From Escherichia phage AV121: DNA of 64,000 nt. The notes under the pieces were generated by a model. The model did not search any database, was not told the DNA's origin, and saw only the letters and a list, made by a program, of their open reading frames with translations. Made by a program: the position numbers and the translations under genes. Where the stretch lies: the sequence record OR352951.1, one strand, 5' to 3'. Shown here one piece after another: positions 55,268 to 64,000 of the stretch (positions are counted from its first letter, which is position 1; every line of letters starts with the position of its first letter).

Positions 55268-58200
55268 ATGGCCGAGATTAAAAGAAAGTTCAGAGCAGAA
55301 GATGGTCTGGACGCAGGTGGCGATAAAATAATCAACGTAGCTTTAGCTGACCGTACCGTAGGAACTGACGGTGTTAACGTTGATTACTTAATTCAAGAAA
55401 ACACAGTTCAGCAATATGATCCAACTCGTGGATATTTAAAAGATTTTGTAATCATTTATAATAATCGTTTTTGGGCAGCAACGGATAATATTCCAAAACC
55501 TGCTGGAAATTTTAATAGAATTCGTTGGAAAGCATTACGTACTGATGCCGTATATACAACCGTATCATCTGGACCATATCAATTAAAATCCGGAGAAGCA
55601 ATTTCAGTAGATACATCAGTTGGCAATGACATTGAGTTTACTTTACCACCTTCTCCGCTTGATGGAGAAACCGTAATAATTCAAGATATCGGTGGAAAAC
55701 CTGGCATAAATCAGGTTAAAATAAATTCTTCAAATCAGAGTATTGTCAATTTTAGAGGTGAACAGGTACGTTCAGTTTTAATGACTCATCCAAAGTCACA
55801 GATGGTATTCATTTTTAATAATCGTTTGTGGCAAATGTATATTGCTGATTATAGCAGAGAAGCTGCGATTGTTACTCCATCGACTGCATATCAAGCACAA
55901 TCTAATGATTTTATCGTACGTAGATTTACTTCTGCTGCACCAATTAATGTTAAACTTCCGAGATTTGCTAATCATGGCGATATTATTAATTTCGTTGATT
56001 TAGATAAACTGAATCCACTTTATCATACAATTGTTACTACATACGATGAAACGACTTCAGTACAAGAAGTTGGAACTCATTCCATTGAAGGCCGTACATC
56101 GATTGACGGTTTCTTGATGTTTGACGATAATGAGAAATTGTGGAGATTGTTTGACGGGGATAGTAAAGCACGTTTACGCATTATAACAACTAATTCAAAT
56201 ATTCGTCCAAATGAAGAAGTCATGGTATTTGGTGCGAATAATGGAACAACCCAAACAATTGAGCTTCAGCTTCCGACTGATATTTCTGTTGGTGATACTG
56301 TTAAAATTTCCATGAATTACATGAGAAAAGGACAAACAGTTAAAATCAAAGCTGCTGGTGAAGATAAAATTGCTTCTTCAGTTCAATTGCTGCAATTCCC
56401 AAAACGTTCAGAATATCCGCCTGAAGCTGAATGGGTAACAGTTCAAGAATTAGTTTTTAACGGTGAAACTAATTATGTACCAGTTTTGCAACTTGCTTAT
56501 ATAGAAGATTCTGATGGAAAATACTGGGTTGTACAGCAAAACGTTCCAACAGTTGAAAGAGTCGATTCTTTAAATAATTCTACTAGAGCAAGATTAGGCG
56601 TAATTGCTTTAGCTACACAAGCTCAAGCAAATGCTGATTTAGAAAATTCTCCGCAAAAAGAATTGGCAATTACTCCAGAAACGTTAGCTAATCGTACTGC
56701 TACAGAAACTCGCAGAGGTATTGCAAGAATAGCAACTACTGCTCAAGTGAATCAGAACACCACATTCTCTTTTGCAGATGACCTTATCATCACTCCTAAA
56801 AAGCTGAATGAAAGAACTGCTACAGAAACTCGCAGAGGTGTCGCTGAAATTGCTACGCAGCAGGAAACTAATACAGGTACTGATGATACTACAATCATCA
56901 CTCCTAAAAAGCTTCAAGCTCGTCAAGGTTCTGAAACATTATCGGGTATTGTAACTTTTGTATCTACCGCAGGAGCTACTCCAGCTTCTAGTCGTGAATT
57001 AAATGGTACGAATGTTTATAATAAAAACACTAATAATTTAGTTGTTTCACCTAAAGCTTTGGATCAGTATAAAGCTACTCCAACGCAACAAGGCGCAGTA
57101 ATTTTAGCAGTTGAAAGTGAAGTAATTGCTGGACAAAGCCAAGAAGGATGGGCAAATGCGGTTGTAACGCCAGAAACGTTACATAAAAAGACATCAACTG
57201 ATGCAAGAATTGGTTTAATTGAAATTGCTACACAAAGTGAAGTTAATACAGGAACTGACTATACTCGTGCAGTCACTCCTAAAACTTTAAATGACCGTAG
57301 AGCAACTGAAAGTTTAAGTGGTATAGCTGAAATTGCTACACAGGTTGAATTCGACGCAGGCGTCGACGATACTCGTATCTCTACACCATTAAAAATTAAA
57401 ACCAGATTTAATAGTACTGATCGTACTTCTGTTGTTGCTCTATCTGGATTAGTTGAATCAGGAACTCTCTGGGACCATTATACCCTTAATATTCTTGAAG
57501 CAAATGAGACACAGCGTGGTACACTTCGTGTAGCTACACAAGTTGAAGCTGCTGCAGGAACATTAGATAATGTTTTAATAACTCCTAAAAAGCTTTTAGG
57601 TACTAAATCTACCGAATCGCAAGAAGGTGTTATTAAAGTTGCAACTCAGTCTGAAACTGTGACTGGAACGTCAGCAAATACTGCTGTATCTCCAAAAAAT
57701 TTAAAATGGATTGTGCAGAGTGAACCAACTTGGGCAGCAACTACTCTGATAAGAGGGTTTGTTAAAACTTCTTCTGGTTCATTAACGTTTGTTGGTAATG
57801 ATACGGTAGGTTCAACACAGCCATTAGAATCATATGAGAAAAATGGTTATGCAGTATCACCATATGAATTAAATCGCGTATTAGCAAATTATTTGCCATT
57901 AAAAGCAAAAGCTGTAGATAGTAATTTATTAGATGGTCTAGATTCGCTCCAGTTCATTCGTAGGGACATTGCACAAACAGTTAATGGTTCACTAACCTTA
58001 ACCCAACAAACGAATCTGGGTGCCCCTCTTGTATCATCTAGTACTGCTACATTCGGTGGATCAGTTTCAGCAAATAGTACATTAACTATTTCTAATACTG
58101 GAACGGCAACTCGTCTGATTTTTGAGAAAGGACCTCAAACTGGAACAAACCCGGCTCAAACGATGACAGTCAGAGTGTGGGGAAATCAATTTAGCGGGGA

Positions 58201-59137
58201 ATCAGACACAACACGTTCTACCGTATTTGAAGTTAGTGATGAAACGTCTAGTCATTTTTATTCTCAGCGTAATAAAGCTGGAAATATAACATTTAATATC
58301 AACGGTACAGTAACACCGATAAATGTTAATGCTTCAGGAACATTGAATGCAAATGGTGTAGCAACATTTGGTAATTCAGTCACTGCAACTGGTGAAATTA
58401 TTTCTCGAAGCGCAAATGCTTTCCGTGCTATTAACGGAAATTATGGTTTCATTGTTCGCAATGATGGATCAGTAACGAATTTTATGCTTACTGCATCGGG
58501 TGATCAGACTGGTGGATTTAATGGATTACGTCCTTTAGCTATTAATAATGCATCTGGCCAAGTAACGATTGGTGAAAGCTTAATCATTGCCAAAGGTGCT
58601 ACTATAAATTCAGGCGGTTTGACTGTTAACTCGAGAATTCGTTCTCAGGGCACTAAAACATCTGATTTATACACCCGCGCTCCAACATCTGATACTGTAG
58701 GATTCTGGTCAATTGATATTAACGATTCAGCCACTTATAACCAGTTCCCGGGTTATTTTAAAATGGTTGAAAAAACTAATGAAGTGACTGGGCTTCCATA
58801 CTTAGAACGTGGCGAAGAAGTTAAATCTCCTGGTACATTGACTCAGTTTGGTAACACACTTGATTCGCTTTACCAAGATTGGATTACTTATCCAACGACC
58901 CCAGAAGCACGTACCACTCGCTGGACGCGTACATGGCAGAAAACTAAAAATTCTTGGTCAAGTTTTGTTCAGGTATTTGATGGAGGTAACCCTCCTCAAC
59001 CTTCGGATATAGGAGCAATCCCATCTGATAATGGAATAATAGGTAATCTTACTATTCGTGATTTCTTACGAATTGGTAATGTTCGCATTATTCCTGACCC
59101 AGTGAATAAAACTGTTAAATTTGAATGGGTTGAATAA
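55268..59137 (+). CDS. 34: long tail fibre proximal subunit gp34
   Basis: 1289-aa ORF, same length as T4 gp34; internal ~40-aa repeats (ERTATETRRG.A.IAT...ITPKKL). Confidence 0.9.
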   Translation: MAEIKRKFRAEDGLDAGGDKIINVALADRTVGTDGVNVDYLIQENTVQQYDPTRGYLKDFVIIYNNRFWAATDNIPKPAGNFNRIRWKALRTDAVYTTVSSGPYQLKSGEAISVDTSVGNDIEFTLPPSPLDGETVIIQDIGGKPGINQVKINSSNQSIVNFRGEQVRSVLMTHPKSQMVFIFNNRLWQMYIADYSREAAIVTPSTAYQAQSNDFIVRRFTSAAPINVKLPRFANHGDIINFVDLDKLNPLYHTIVTTYDETTSVQEVGTHSIEGRTSIDGFLMFDDNEKLWRLFDGDSKARLRIITTNSNIRPNEEVMVFGANNGTTQTIELQLPTDISVGDTVKISMNYMRKGQTVKIKAAGEDKIASSVQLLQFPKRSEYPPEAEWVTVQELVFNGETNYVPVLQLAYIEDSDGKYWVVQQNVPTVERVDSLNNSTRARLGVIALATQAQANADLENSPQKELAITPETLANRTATETRRGIARIATTAQVNQNTTFSFADDLIITPKKLNERTATETRRGVAEIATQQETNTGTDDTTIITPKKLQARQGSETLSGIVTFVSTAGATPASSRELNGTNVYNKNTNNLVVSPKALDQYKATPTQQGAVILAVESEVIAGQSQEGWANAVVTPETLHKKTSTDARIGLIEIATQSEVNTGTDYTRAVTPKTLNDRRATESLSGIAEIATQVEFDAGVDDTRISTPLKIKTRFNSTDRTSVVALSGLVESGTLWDHYTLNILEANETQRGTLRVATQVEAAAGTLDNVLITPKKLLGTKSTESQEGVIKVATQSETVTGTSANTAVSPKNLKWIVQSEPTWAATTLIRGFVKTSSGSLTFVGNDTVGSTQPLESYEKNGYAVSPYELNRVLANYLPLKAKAVDSNLLDGLDSLQFIRRDIAQTVNGSLTLTQQTNLGAPLVSSSTATFGGSVSANSTLTISNTGTATRLIFEKGPQTGTNPAQTMTVRVWGNQFSGESDTTRSTVFEVSDETSSHFYSQRNKAGNITFNINGTVTPINVNASGTLNANGVATFGNSVTATGEIISRSANAFRAINGNYGFIVRNDGSVTNFMLTASGDQTGGFNGLRPLAINNASGQVTIGESLIIAKGATINSGGLTVNSRIRSQGTKTSDLYTRAPTSDTVGFWSIDINDSATYNQFPGYFKMVEKTNEVTGLPYLERGEEVKSPGTLTQFGNTLDSLYQDWITYPTTPEARTTRWTRTWQKTKNSWSSFVQVFDGGNPPQPSDIGAIPSDNGIIGNLTIRDFLRIGNVRIIPDPVNKTVKFEWVE

Positions 59138-59145
59138 GAGGTATT

Positions 59146-60261
59146 ATGGAAAAATTTATGGCAGAGTTTGGACAAGGATACGTCCAAACGCCATTTTTAT
59201 CGGAAAGTAATTCAGTAAGATACAAAATAAGCATAGCGGGTTCTTGCCCGCTTTCTACTGCGGGGCCATATGTTAAATTTCAGGATAATCCCGTTGGAAA
59301 TCAAACATTTAGTGCAGGTCTTCATTTAAGAGTTTTTGACCCTTCTACGGGAGCATTAGTTGATAGCAAGTCATATGCTTTTTCTGCTTCAAACAATACA
59401 ACATCTGCCGCTTTTGTCAGTTTCATGAATTCTTTGTCAAACAATAGACTTGTTGCTATATTAACTAGCGGAAAGGTTAATTTTCCTCCTGAAGTGGTAT
59501 CTTGGTTAAGGGGAGCAGGAACTTCAGTTTTTCCATCAGATTCAGTATTGTCAAGATTTGACGTATCATATGCTGCTTTTTATACTTCTTCTAAAAGAGC
59601 TATTGCATTAGAGCATGTTAAACTAAGTAATAGAAAAAGCACAGATGATTATCAAACTATTTTAGATGTTGTATTTGATAGTTTAGAAGACGTCGGAGCG
59701 ACAGGATTTCCAAAAAGAACTTATGAAAGTGTAGAGCAATTCATGTCAGCAGTTGGTGGAACTAATAACGAAATTGCGCGATTGCCAACTTCAGCTGCTA
59801 TAAGTAAACTTTCTGACTATAATTTAATTCCTGGTGATGTTCTTTATCTTAAAGCACAGTTATATGCTGATGCTGATTTACTTGATCTTGGAACTACAAA
59901 CATATCCATTCGTTTTTATGATGCATCAAATGGATATATTTCCTCGACCCAAGCTGAGTTTACTGGGCAAGCTGGGTCTTGGGAATTAAAAGAAGACTAT
60001 GTAGTTGTTCCAGAAAACGCCGTAGGATTTACGATATATGCACAAAGAACTGCTCAAGCAGGTCAAGGCGGCATGAGAAATTTAAGTTTTTCTGAAGTAT
60101 CAAGAAATGGCGGCATTTCAAAACCTGCCGAATTTGGCGTCAACGGTATTCGCGTTAATTATGTCTGTGAATCGGCTTCACCTCCAGATATAATGGTACT
60201 TCCTACACAAGCCTCTTCTAAAACTGGCAAAGTGTTTGGACAGGAATTTAGAGAAGTTTAA
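59146..60261 (+). CDS. 35: long tail fibre hinge protein gp35
   Basis: 371-aa ORF (T4 gp35 about 372 aa). Confidence 0.85.
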   Translation: MEKFMAEFGQGYVQTPFLSESNSVRYKISIAGSCPLSTAGPYVKFQDNPVGNQTFSAGLHLRVFDPSTGALVDSKSYAFSASNNTTSAAFVSFMNSLSNNRLVAILTSGKVNFPPEVVSWLRGAGTSVFPSDSVLSRFDVSYAAFYTSSKRAIALEHVKLSNRKSTDDYQTILDVVFDSLEDVGATGFPKRTYESVEQFMSAVGGTNNEIARLPTSAAISKLSDYNLIPGDVLYLKAQLYADADLLDLGTTNISIRFYDASNGYISSTQAEFTGQAGSWELKEDYVVVPENAVGFTIYAQRTAQAGQGGMRNLSFSEVSRNGGISKPAEFGVNGIRVNYVCESASPPDIMVLPTQASSKTGKVFGQEFREV

Positions 60262-60266
60262 ACTGA

Positions 60267-60284
60267 GGGAGCCTTCGGGTTCCC
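60267..60284 (+). terminator. rho-independent terminator after gene 35
   Basis: GGGAGCC-ttcg-GGTTCCC (one G·U pair) followed by TTTTTC. Confidence 0.7.
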
Positions 60285-60292
60285 TTTTTCTT

Positions 60293-60300
60293 TATAAATA
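60293..60300 (+). promoter_or_regulatory. late promoter box TATAAATA (gene 36)
   Basis: Exact TATAAATA 23 nt upstream of gene 36 ATG, after the gene 35 terminator. Confidence 0.7.
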
Positions 60301-60323
60301 ATATTAAAATAAAGGGGCATATA

Positions 60324-60974
60324 ATGGCTGATTTAAAAGTAGGTTCAACTGTGGGTGGATCTGTCATTTGGCATCAAGGAAATTTTCCATTGAATTCAGC
60401 CGGTGACGATGTACTCTACAAATCATTTAAAATATATTCAGAATATAATAAACCGCAGGCAGCTGATAACGATTTCGTTTCTAAAGCTAATGGTGGTACT
60501 TACGCCGGTCCAATTACTATTAATTACGGGGTAAATAGTTATCTTCAATTAAGTAATAATGAAACCCCTATCCGAATTCGTTCTGGTGGCGGCACTGGTA
60601 ATACTCTTGTAGTTGGCGGCTCTTCCGGTGGTATTAGTTTTAGACCTGCAGGTAGTGAAATCACTACTGGACAAATTACTATTACGCCAGAAGGTTTGAC
60701 AACATTTACCAGGGCTGTAACGGCTCCATCGGTAACTGTTACATCTACTCCTTCCGCAGCATCTGATGTTACTCGCAAAGATTATGTTGATGGAGCAATA
60801 AATACTGTTACAGCAAATGCAAACTCTAGGGTATTACGCTCTGGAGACACTATGACAGGAAATTTAACTGCGCCAAACCTTTTTTCACAGAATCCTGCAT
60901 CTCAACCTTCACACGTTCCACGATTTGACCAAATCGTAATTAAGGATTCTGTTCAAGATTTCGGCTATTATTAA
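60324..60974 (+). CDS. 36: long tail fibre distal-proximal connector gp36
   Basis: 216-aa ORF; position between 35 and 37. Confidence 0.85.
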   Translation: MADLKVGSTVGGSVIWHQGNFPLNSAGDDVLYKSFKIYSEYNKPQAADNDFVSKANGGTYAGPITINYGVNSYLQLSNNETPIRIRSGGGTGNTLVVGGSSGGISFRPAGSEITTGQITITPEGLTTFTRAVTAPSVTVTSTPSAASDVTRKDYVDGAINTVTANANSRVLRSGDTMTGNLTAPNLFSQNPASQPSHVPRFDQIVIKDSVQDFGYY

Positions 60975-60982
60975 GAGGACTT

Positions 60983-63931
60983 ATGGCTACTTTAAAACAA
61001 ATACAATTTAAAAGAAGCAAAACTGCAGGTCAACGTCCTGCTGCTTCAGTATTAGCCGAAGGTGAATTGGCTATAAACTTAAAAGATAAAACAATTTTCA
61101 CAAAAGATGACTCAGGTAGTGTTATAGAATTAGGTTTAAAATATGGAGGAACTATAAATGGGTCTTTAGAGGTTACAGAAAATATAACTGGAACTTTAAT
61201 TGGAAATTCTAGCACAGCTACTAAATTGCAAACACCTAGGAAAATTAATGGTATATCTTTTGATGGGTCAAAGGACATTACCTTAACTCCATCTGACATA
61301 AATGTCAATAGCACAACATTTATAAAAAATAATGGCGAATTACCTACTGATGCTAATTTAGATACGTATGGGCCCATTGAAGAATATCTTGGTGTTTGGT
61401 CGAAATCTACTTCAACAAATGCGCAACCAGCAAATAAATTCCCAGAAGAAAATGCCGTAGGTGTACTAGAAGTGTTTGTGGCCGGCCAATTTGCTGGCAC
61501 TCAGCGTTATACTGTAAGATCTGGTAACGTCTATATTCGTTCCTTATCTGCTAAATGGAATGGCGTCGATGGTCCATGGGGTGTGTGGCGTAATGTTCAA
61601 GCGTCAACTCGTCCACTTTCACAAACGATTGACCTTGATAGCTTGGGAGAATTAGAACATTGCGGCTTATGGCGAAACAGTTCAAGCGCAATCGCATCAT
61701 TTGATCGCCATTATCCAGAAGAAGGATCAGCCGCGCAAGGATTTTTAGAAATATTTGAAGGTGGTTTATACACGAGAACTCAGCGTTATACTACCCGCAT
61801 GGGTATGGTTTATACTCGTTGTCTCGCTGCTGCATGGGATGCTAGTGCACCTAAGTGGGAGGAATGGAAGCAGGTTGGTCATGGCACACCAGCGACTTTC
61901 TATGATGGAGATCTGAATGATTTTAAAACTCCCGGGTTATATAATATTTTAGGCACTGATGCCGTTATTAACTGTCCTACAGGTGAAGGTTTGCCGACTG
62001 TTATTGTTGGTTTGCTGGAAGTTAAACAGCGTGCTTCTGGCGGTGCTATTTTCCAACGTTTCACTACCGCAGGAACGGGTGCAACTACTCGCGATCGTAT
62101 TTTTGAGCGTGCATATACTGGTGGTGCGTGGGGTGCATGGAACGAAGTATATACATCTTATTCTCTGCCAATTACTTTGGGTATGGGTGGTATTAAAGCT
62201 CAATTAGCGGAGTTAGATTGGCAAACCTTTGATTTTGTCCCTGGTAGTATGTTTAGTGTTCCTTTGAACAAAATAAAGAATATGCCAGCAAATATGGATT
62301 GGGGCACGATTGATGGAAACCTGGTTATGTTTTCTGTCGGTCCTAGCGAACATACCGGAACGGGTCGAACTGTTCAAGTGTGGCGCGGTACTGTATCTCA
62401 GGCGAACTATCGTTATTTCGTTGTTCGTATCGCTGGTAATCCAGGAAGTAGGACTAATACTTGTCGTCGTGTTGTTCTTGAAGACGGATCACATACTTGG
62501 ACTGCTCAACAAAACTTTAGGGGATTGCTGAATATCACTGCTGCTGTTAATCTTGGTGCTAATCAGAAAATTTCACTTGCTCCAGGAGCATATATTCAAG
62601 CCCCTGCTAGCGGTTCTGGTTCTAATACTTACGTAAATCAGAATACTACCATTGCGCCATTATATCAGGCTATTGACGATTCAAATAAAAACCAGTTTGC
62701 GCCAATTGTTAAACAGAAAAACACTGTAACAAATATTACTATGGCTTCTGGTATGGATATTGCTAGTTCAGAATATCGTATCGTTGCTCAGGGTGATTTA
62801 TCCGCTACTGGAACTACAGCCACTGAATTAGCTATATGGCGTTTCTTGCCGTCTGGCCGATTCATGTCACAAAGCCGAGTTTATGCTGGCGCAGCATTCT
62901 TGAACACTGATGGTAACATTGCTGGTTCAATCTGGAAGAAATACAACGATGCAACCAATTTAGATGCTGCCTTGAATACTCGCCTAGGTAAAGGCGGTGA
63001 TACGATGACAGGTCGGTTAACAATCAATGCACCTAATGATTCTATTGTATTATCAACAACTGCTAGTAATTCTTTACATATTCGCGGTGACATAGACGGG
63101 ACTGGTAACTGGTATATTGGCAAGGGTGGTGCTGATAATTCGCTGGCATTTTATAGCTATGCTTCTCAGGCGGCAGTACATATCACAAACAATGGTGAGA
63201 TTGCGTTAAACCCGCAAAATACCGCAATGGTTAACGTTAACCGTGACCGTGTACACATTAACGGTTCTGGATGGATTGCTAGACAACCGGGTGATTGGGG
63301 CAACCAATGGCGAGTAGAAGCTCCATTATTCGTTGATCATGGTTATGTTAGTCAAGATAGTTATTATCCTATTCTTAAAGCAAGAAGCGTTATAACCAAT
63401 CAAGGATATAGCACCGCTGTTGACTTTGGTATGCGTCGTATTCCATCACAGTGGGGGCAAGCAATCATTCGTGTCGGATCCACGGAGGCTTCTCCTGATG
63501 CTGGACACCCACAAGCTGTGTTTGAATTCCATCATGATGGATTCTTTTATACACCAGGAAATGGTAGCTTTAGCGATGTGTATATTCGTTCTGACTCCCG
63601 TCTCAAGATTAATAAAGAAGAATTAGAATATGGAGCAGTCGAAAAAGTTTGCCGACTGAAAGTTTATATTTACGATAAAGTTAAGTCTATTAAAGACCGT
63701 AGTGTTATTAAACGTGAAGTTGGTATTATTGCTCAGGACCTTGAAAAGGAATTACCGGAAGCTGTATCTAAAGTTGAAGTTGATGGATCTGATGTTCTGA
63801 CAATTTCTAACTCTGCTGTGAATGCTCTTTTAATTAAGGCTATTCAGGAAATGAGTGAAGAAATTAAAGAATTGAAAACGCCTCTCTTTACTAAAATTGC
63901 TCGCAAAATTAGTAAATATTTTAAATTCTAA
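60983..63931 (+). CDS. 37: long tail fibre distal subunit gp37 with C-terminal intramolecular chaperone-like domain
   Basis: 982-aa ORF; N-terminus typical of gp37; the last ~115 aa begin with an SDSRLK motif resembling the auto-cleaving chaperone domain of endosialidase/T5 fibre proteins. Confidence 0.9.
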   Translation: MATLKQIQFKRSKTAGQRPAASVLAEGELAINLKDKTIFTKDDSGSVIELGLKYGGTINGSLEVTENITGTLIGNSSTATKLQTPRKINGISFDGSKDITLTPSDINVNSTTFIKNNGELPTDANLDTYGPIEEYLGVWSKSTSTNAQPANKFPEENAVGVLEVFVAGQFAGTQRYTVRSGNVYIRSLSAKWNGVDGPWGVWRNVQASTRPLSQTIDLDSLGELEHCGLWRNSSSAIASFDRHYPEEGSAAQGFLEIFEGGLYTRTQRYTTRMGMVYTRCLAAAWDASAPKWEEWKQVGHGTPATFYDGDLNDFKTPGLYNILGTDAVINCPTGEGLPTVIVGLLEVKQRASGGAIFQRFTTAGTGATTRDRIFERAYTGGAWGAWNEVYTSYSLPITLGMGGIKAQLAELDWQTFDFVPGSMFSVPLNKIKNMPANMDWGTIDGNLVMFSVGPSEHTGTGRTVQVWRGTVSQANYRYFVVRIAGNPGSRTNTCRRVVLEDGSHTWTAQQNFRGLLNITAAVNLGANQKISLAPGAYIQAPASGSGSNTYVNQNTTIAPLYQAIDDSNKNQFAPIVKQKNTVTNITMASGMDIASSEYRIVAQGDLSATGTTATELAIWRFLPSGRFMSQSRVYAGAAFLNTDGNIAGSIWKKYNDATNLDAALNTRLGKGGDTMTGRLTINAPNDSIVLSTTASNSLHIRGDIDGTGNWYIGKGGADNSLAFYSYASQAAVHITNNGEIALNPQNTAMVNVNRDRVHINGSGWIARQPGDWGNQWRVEAPLFVDHGYVSQDSYYPILKARSVITNQGYSTAVDFGMRRIPSQWGQAIIRVGSTEASPDAGHPQAVFEFHHDGFFYTPGNGSFSDVYIRSDSRLKINKEELEYGAVEKVCRLKVYIYDKVKSIKDRSVIKREVGIIAQDLEKELPEAVSKVEVDGSDVLTISNSAVNALLIKAIQEMSEEIKELKTPLFTKIARKISKYFKF

Positions 63932-63937
63932 CAACAA

Positions 63938-63952
63938 GGGGGAAATGCCCCC
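63938..63952 (+). terminator. hairpin after gene 37
   Basis: GGGGG-aaatg-CCCCC followed by TTT. Confidence 0.6.
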
Positions 63953-63967
63953 TTTGGAGTATAAATT

Positions 63968-64000
63968 ATGGCAGTAGTTGGTGTTCCTGGTTGGATTGGA
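63968..64000 (+). CDS. 38: gp38 receptor-recognising adhesin (T2-type), 5' fragment only
   Basis: ATG after GGAG RBS; first 11 codons MAVVGVPGWIG; truncated by the window end. Confidence 0.55.
   Translation, partial: MAVVGVPGWIG

Noticed and set aside
56693-56841. Approximately 120-bp direct repeats inside gene 34
   Set aside because: In-frame coding repeats (ERTATETRRG.A.IAT) typical of fibre shaft modules, not a mobile element or CRISPR array.
63960-63967. TATAAATT immediately before the gene 38 ATG
   Set aside because: Not an exact late box and abuts the start codon, so it cannot serve as a promoter for gene 38; it is the spacer after the GGAG RBS.

Overview
This window is a contiguous ~64-kb stretch of a T-even (T4-like, Tevenvirinae) coliphage genome, running from terminase gene 16 to the first codons of gene 38. 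Gene calls rest on the supplied ORF track plus my recall of T4 protein lengths, motifs and gene order; no database search was possible. Plus-strand late structural blocks: terminase 16/17, tail sheath 18, tail tube 19, portal 20, prohead core 67/68, protease 21, scaffold 22, capsid 23/24, baseplate hub 51/27/28/29/48/54 and long tail fibre 34-37. Minus-strand blocks: rnlB, hoc, inh, uvsY, 25, 26, then the long early/middle region alt, 30, rIII, 31, cd, pseT, spanins, alc, rnlA, denA, nrdB, nrdA, td, frd, 32, 59, 33, dsbA, rnh. Two group I introns are present: td (1016 bp, I-TevI) and nrdB (about 1091 bp, with an apparently full-length 269-aa I-TevIII). Two free-standing homing-endonuclease genes flank uvsW. 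Many exact TATAAATA late-promoter boxes and GC-rich hairpin terminators sit where expected. No CRISPR, rRNA or tRNA was seen. Most of the window is well-described T4 biology, and I did not find a clearly novel multi-gene system. The best candidates for undescribed biology are accessory features: a tandem paralog of the Alt N-terminal domain, a NADAR-like plus HAD-like pair beside DNA ligase, a ~400-bp ORF-bearing insertion between frd and td, a 54-bp perfect promoter/RBS repeat 13.5 kb apart, and a ~355-bp ORF-free GC-enriched region next to rIII. The gp37 C-terminal SDSRLK auto-chaperone motif suggests a T2-type rather than T4-type fibre tip. Coordinates of hairpins, promoter boxes and splice junctions were counted by eye and may be off by a base or two.
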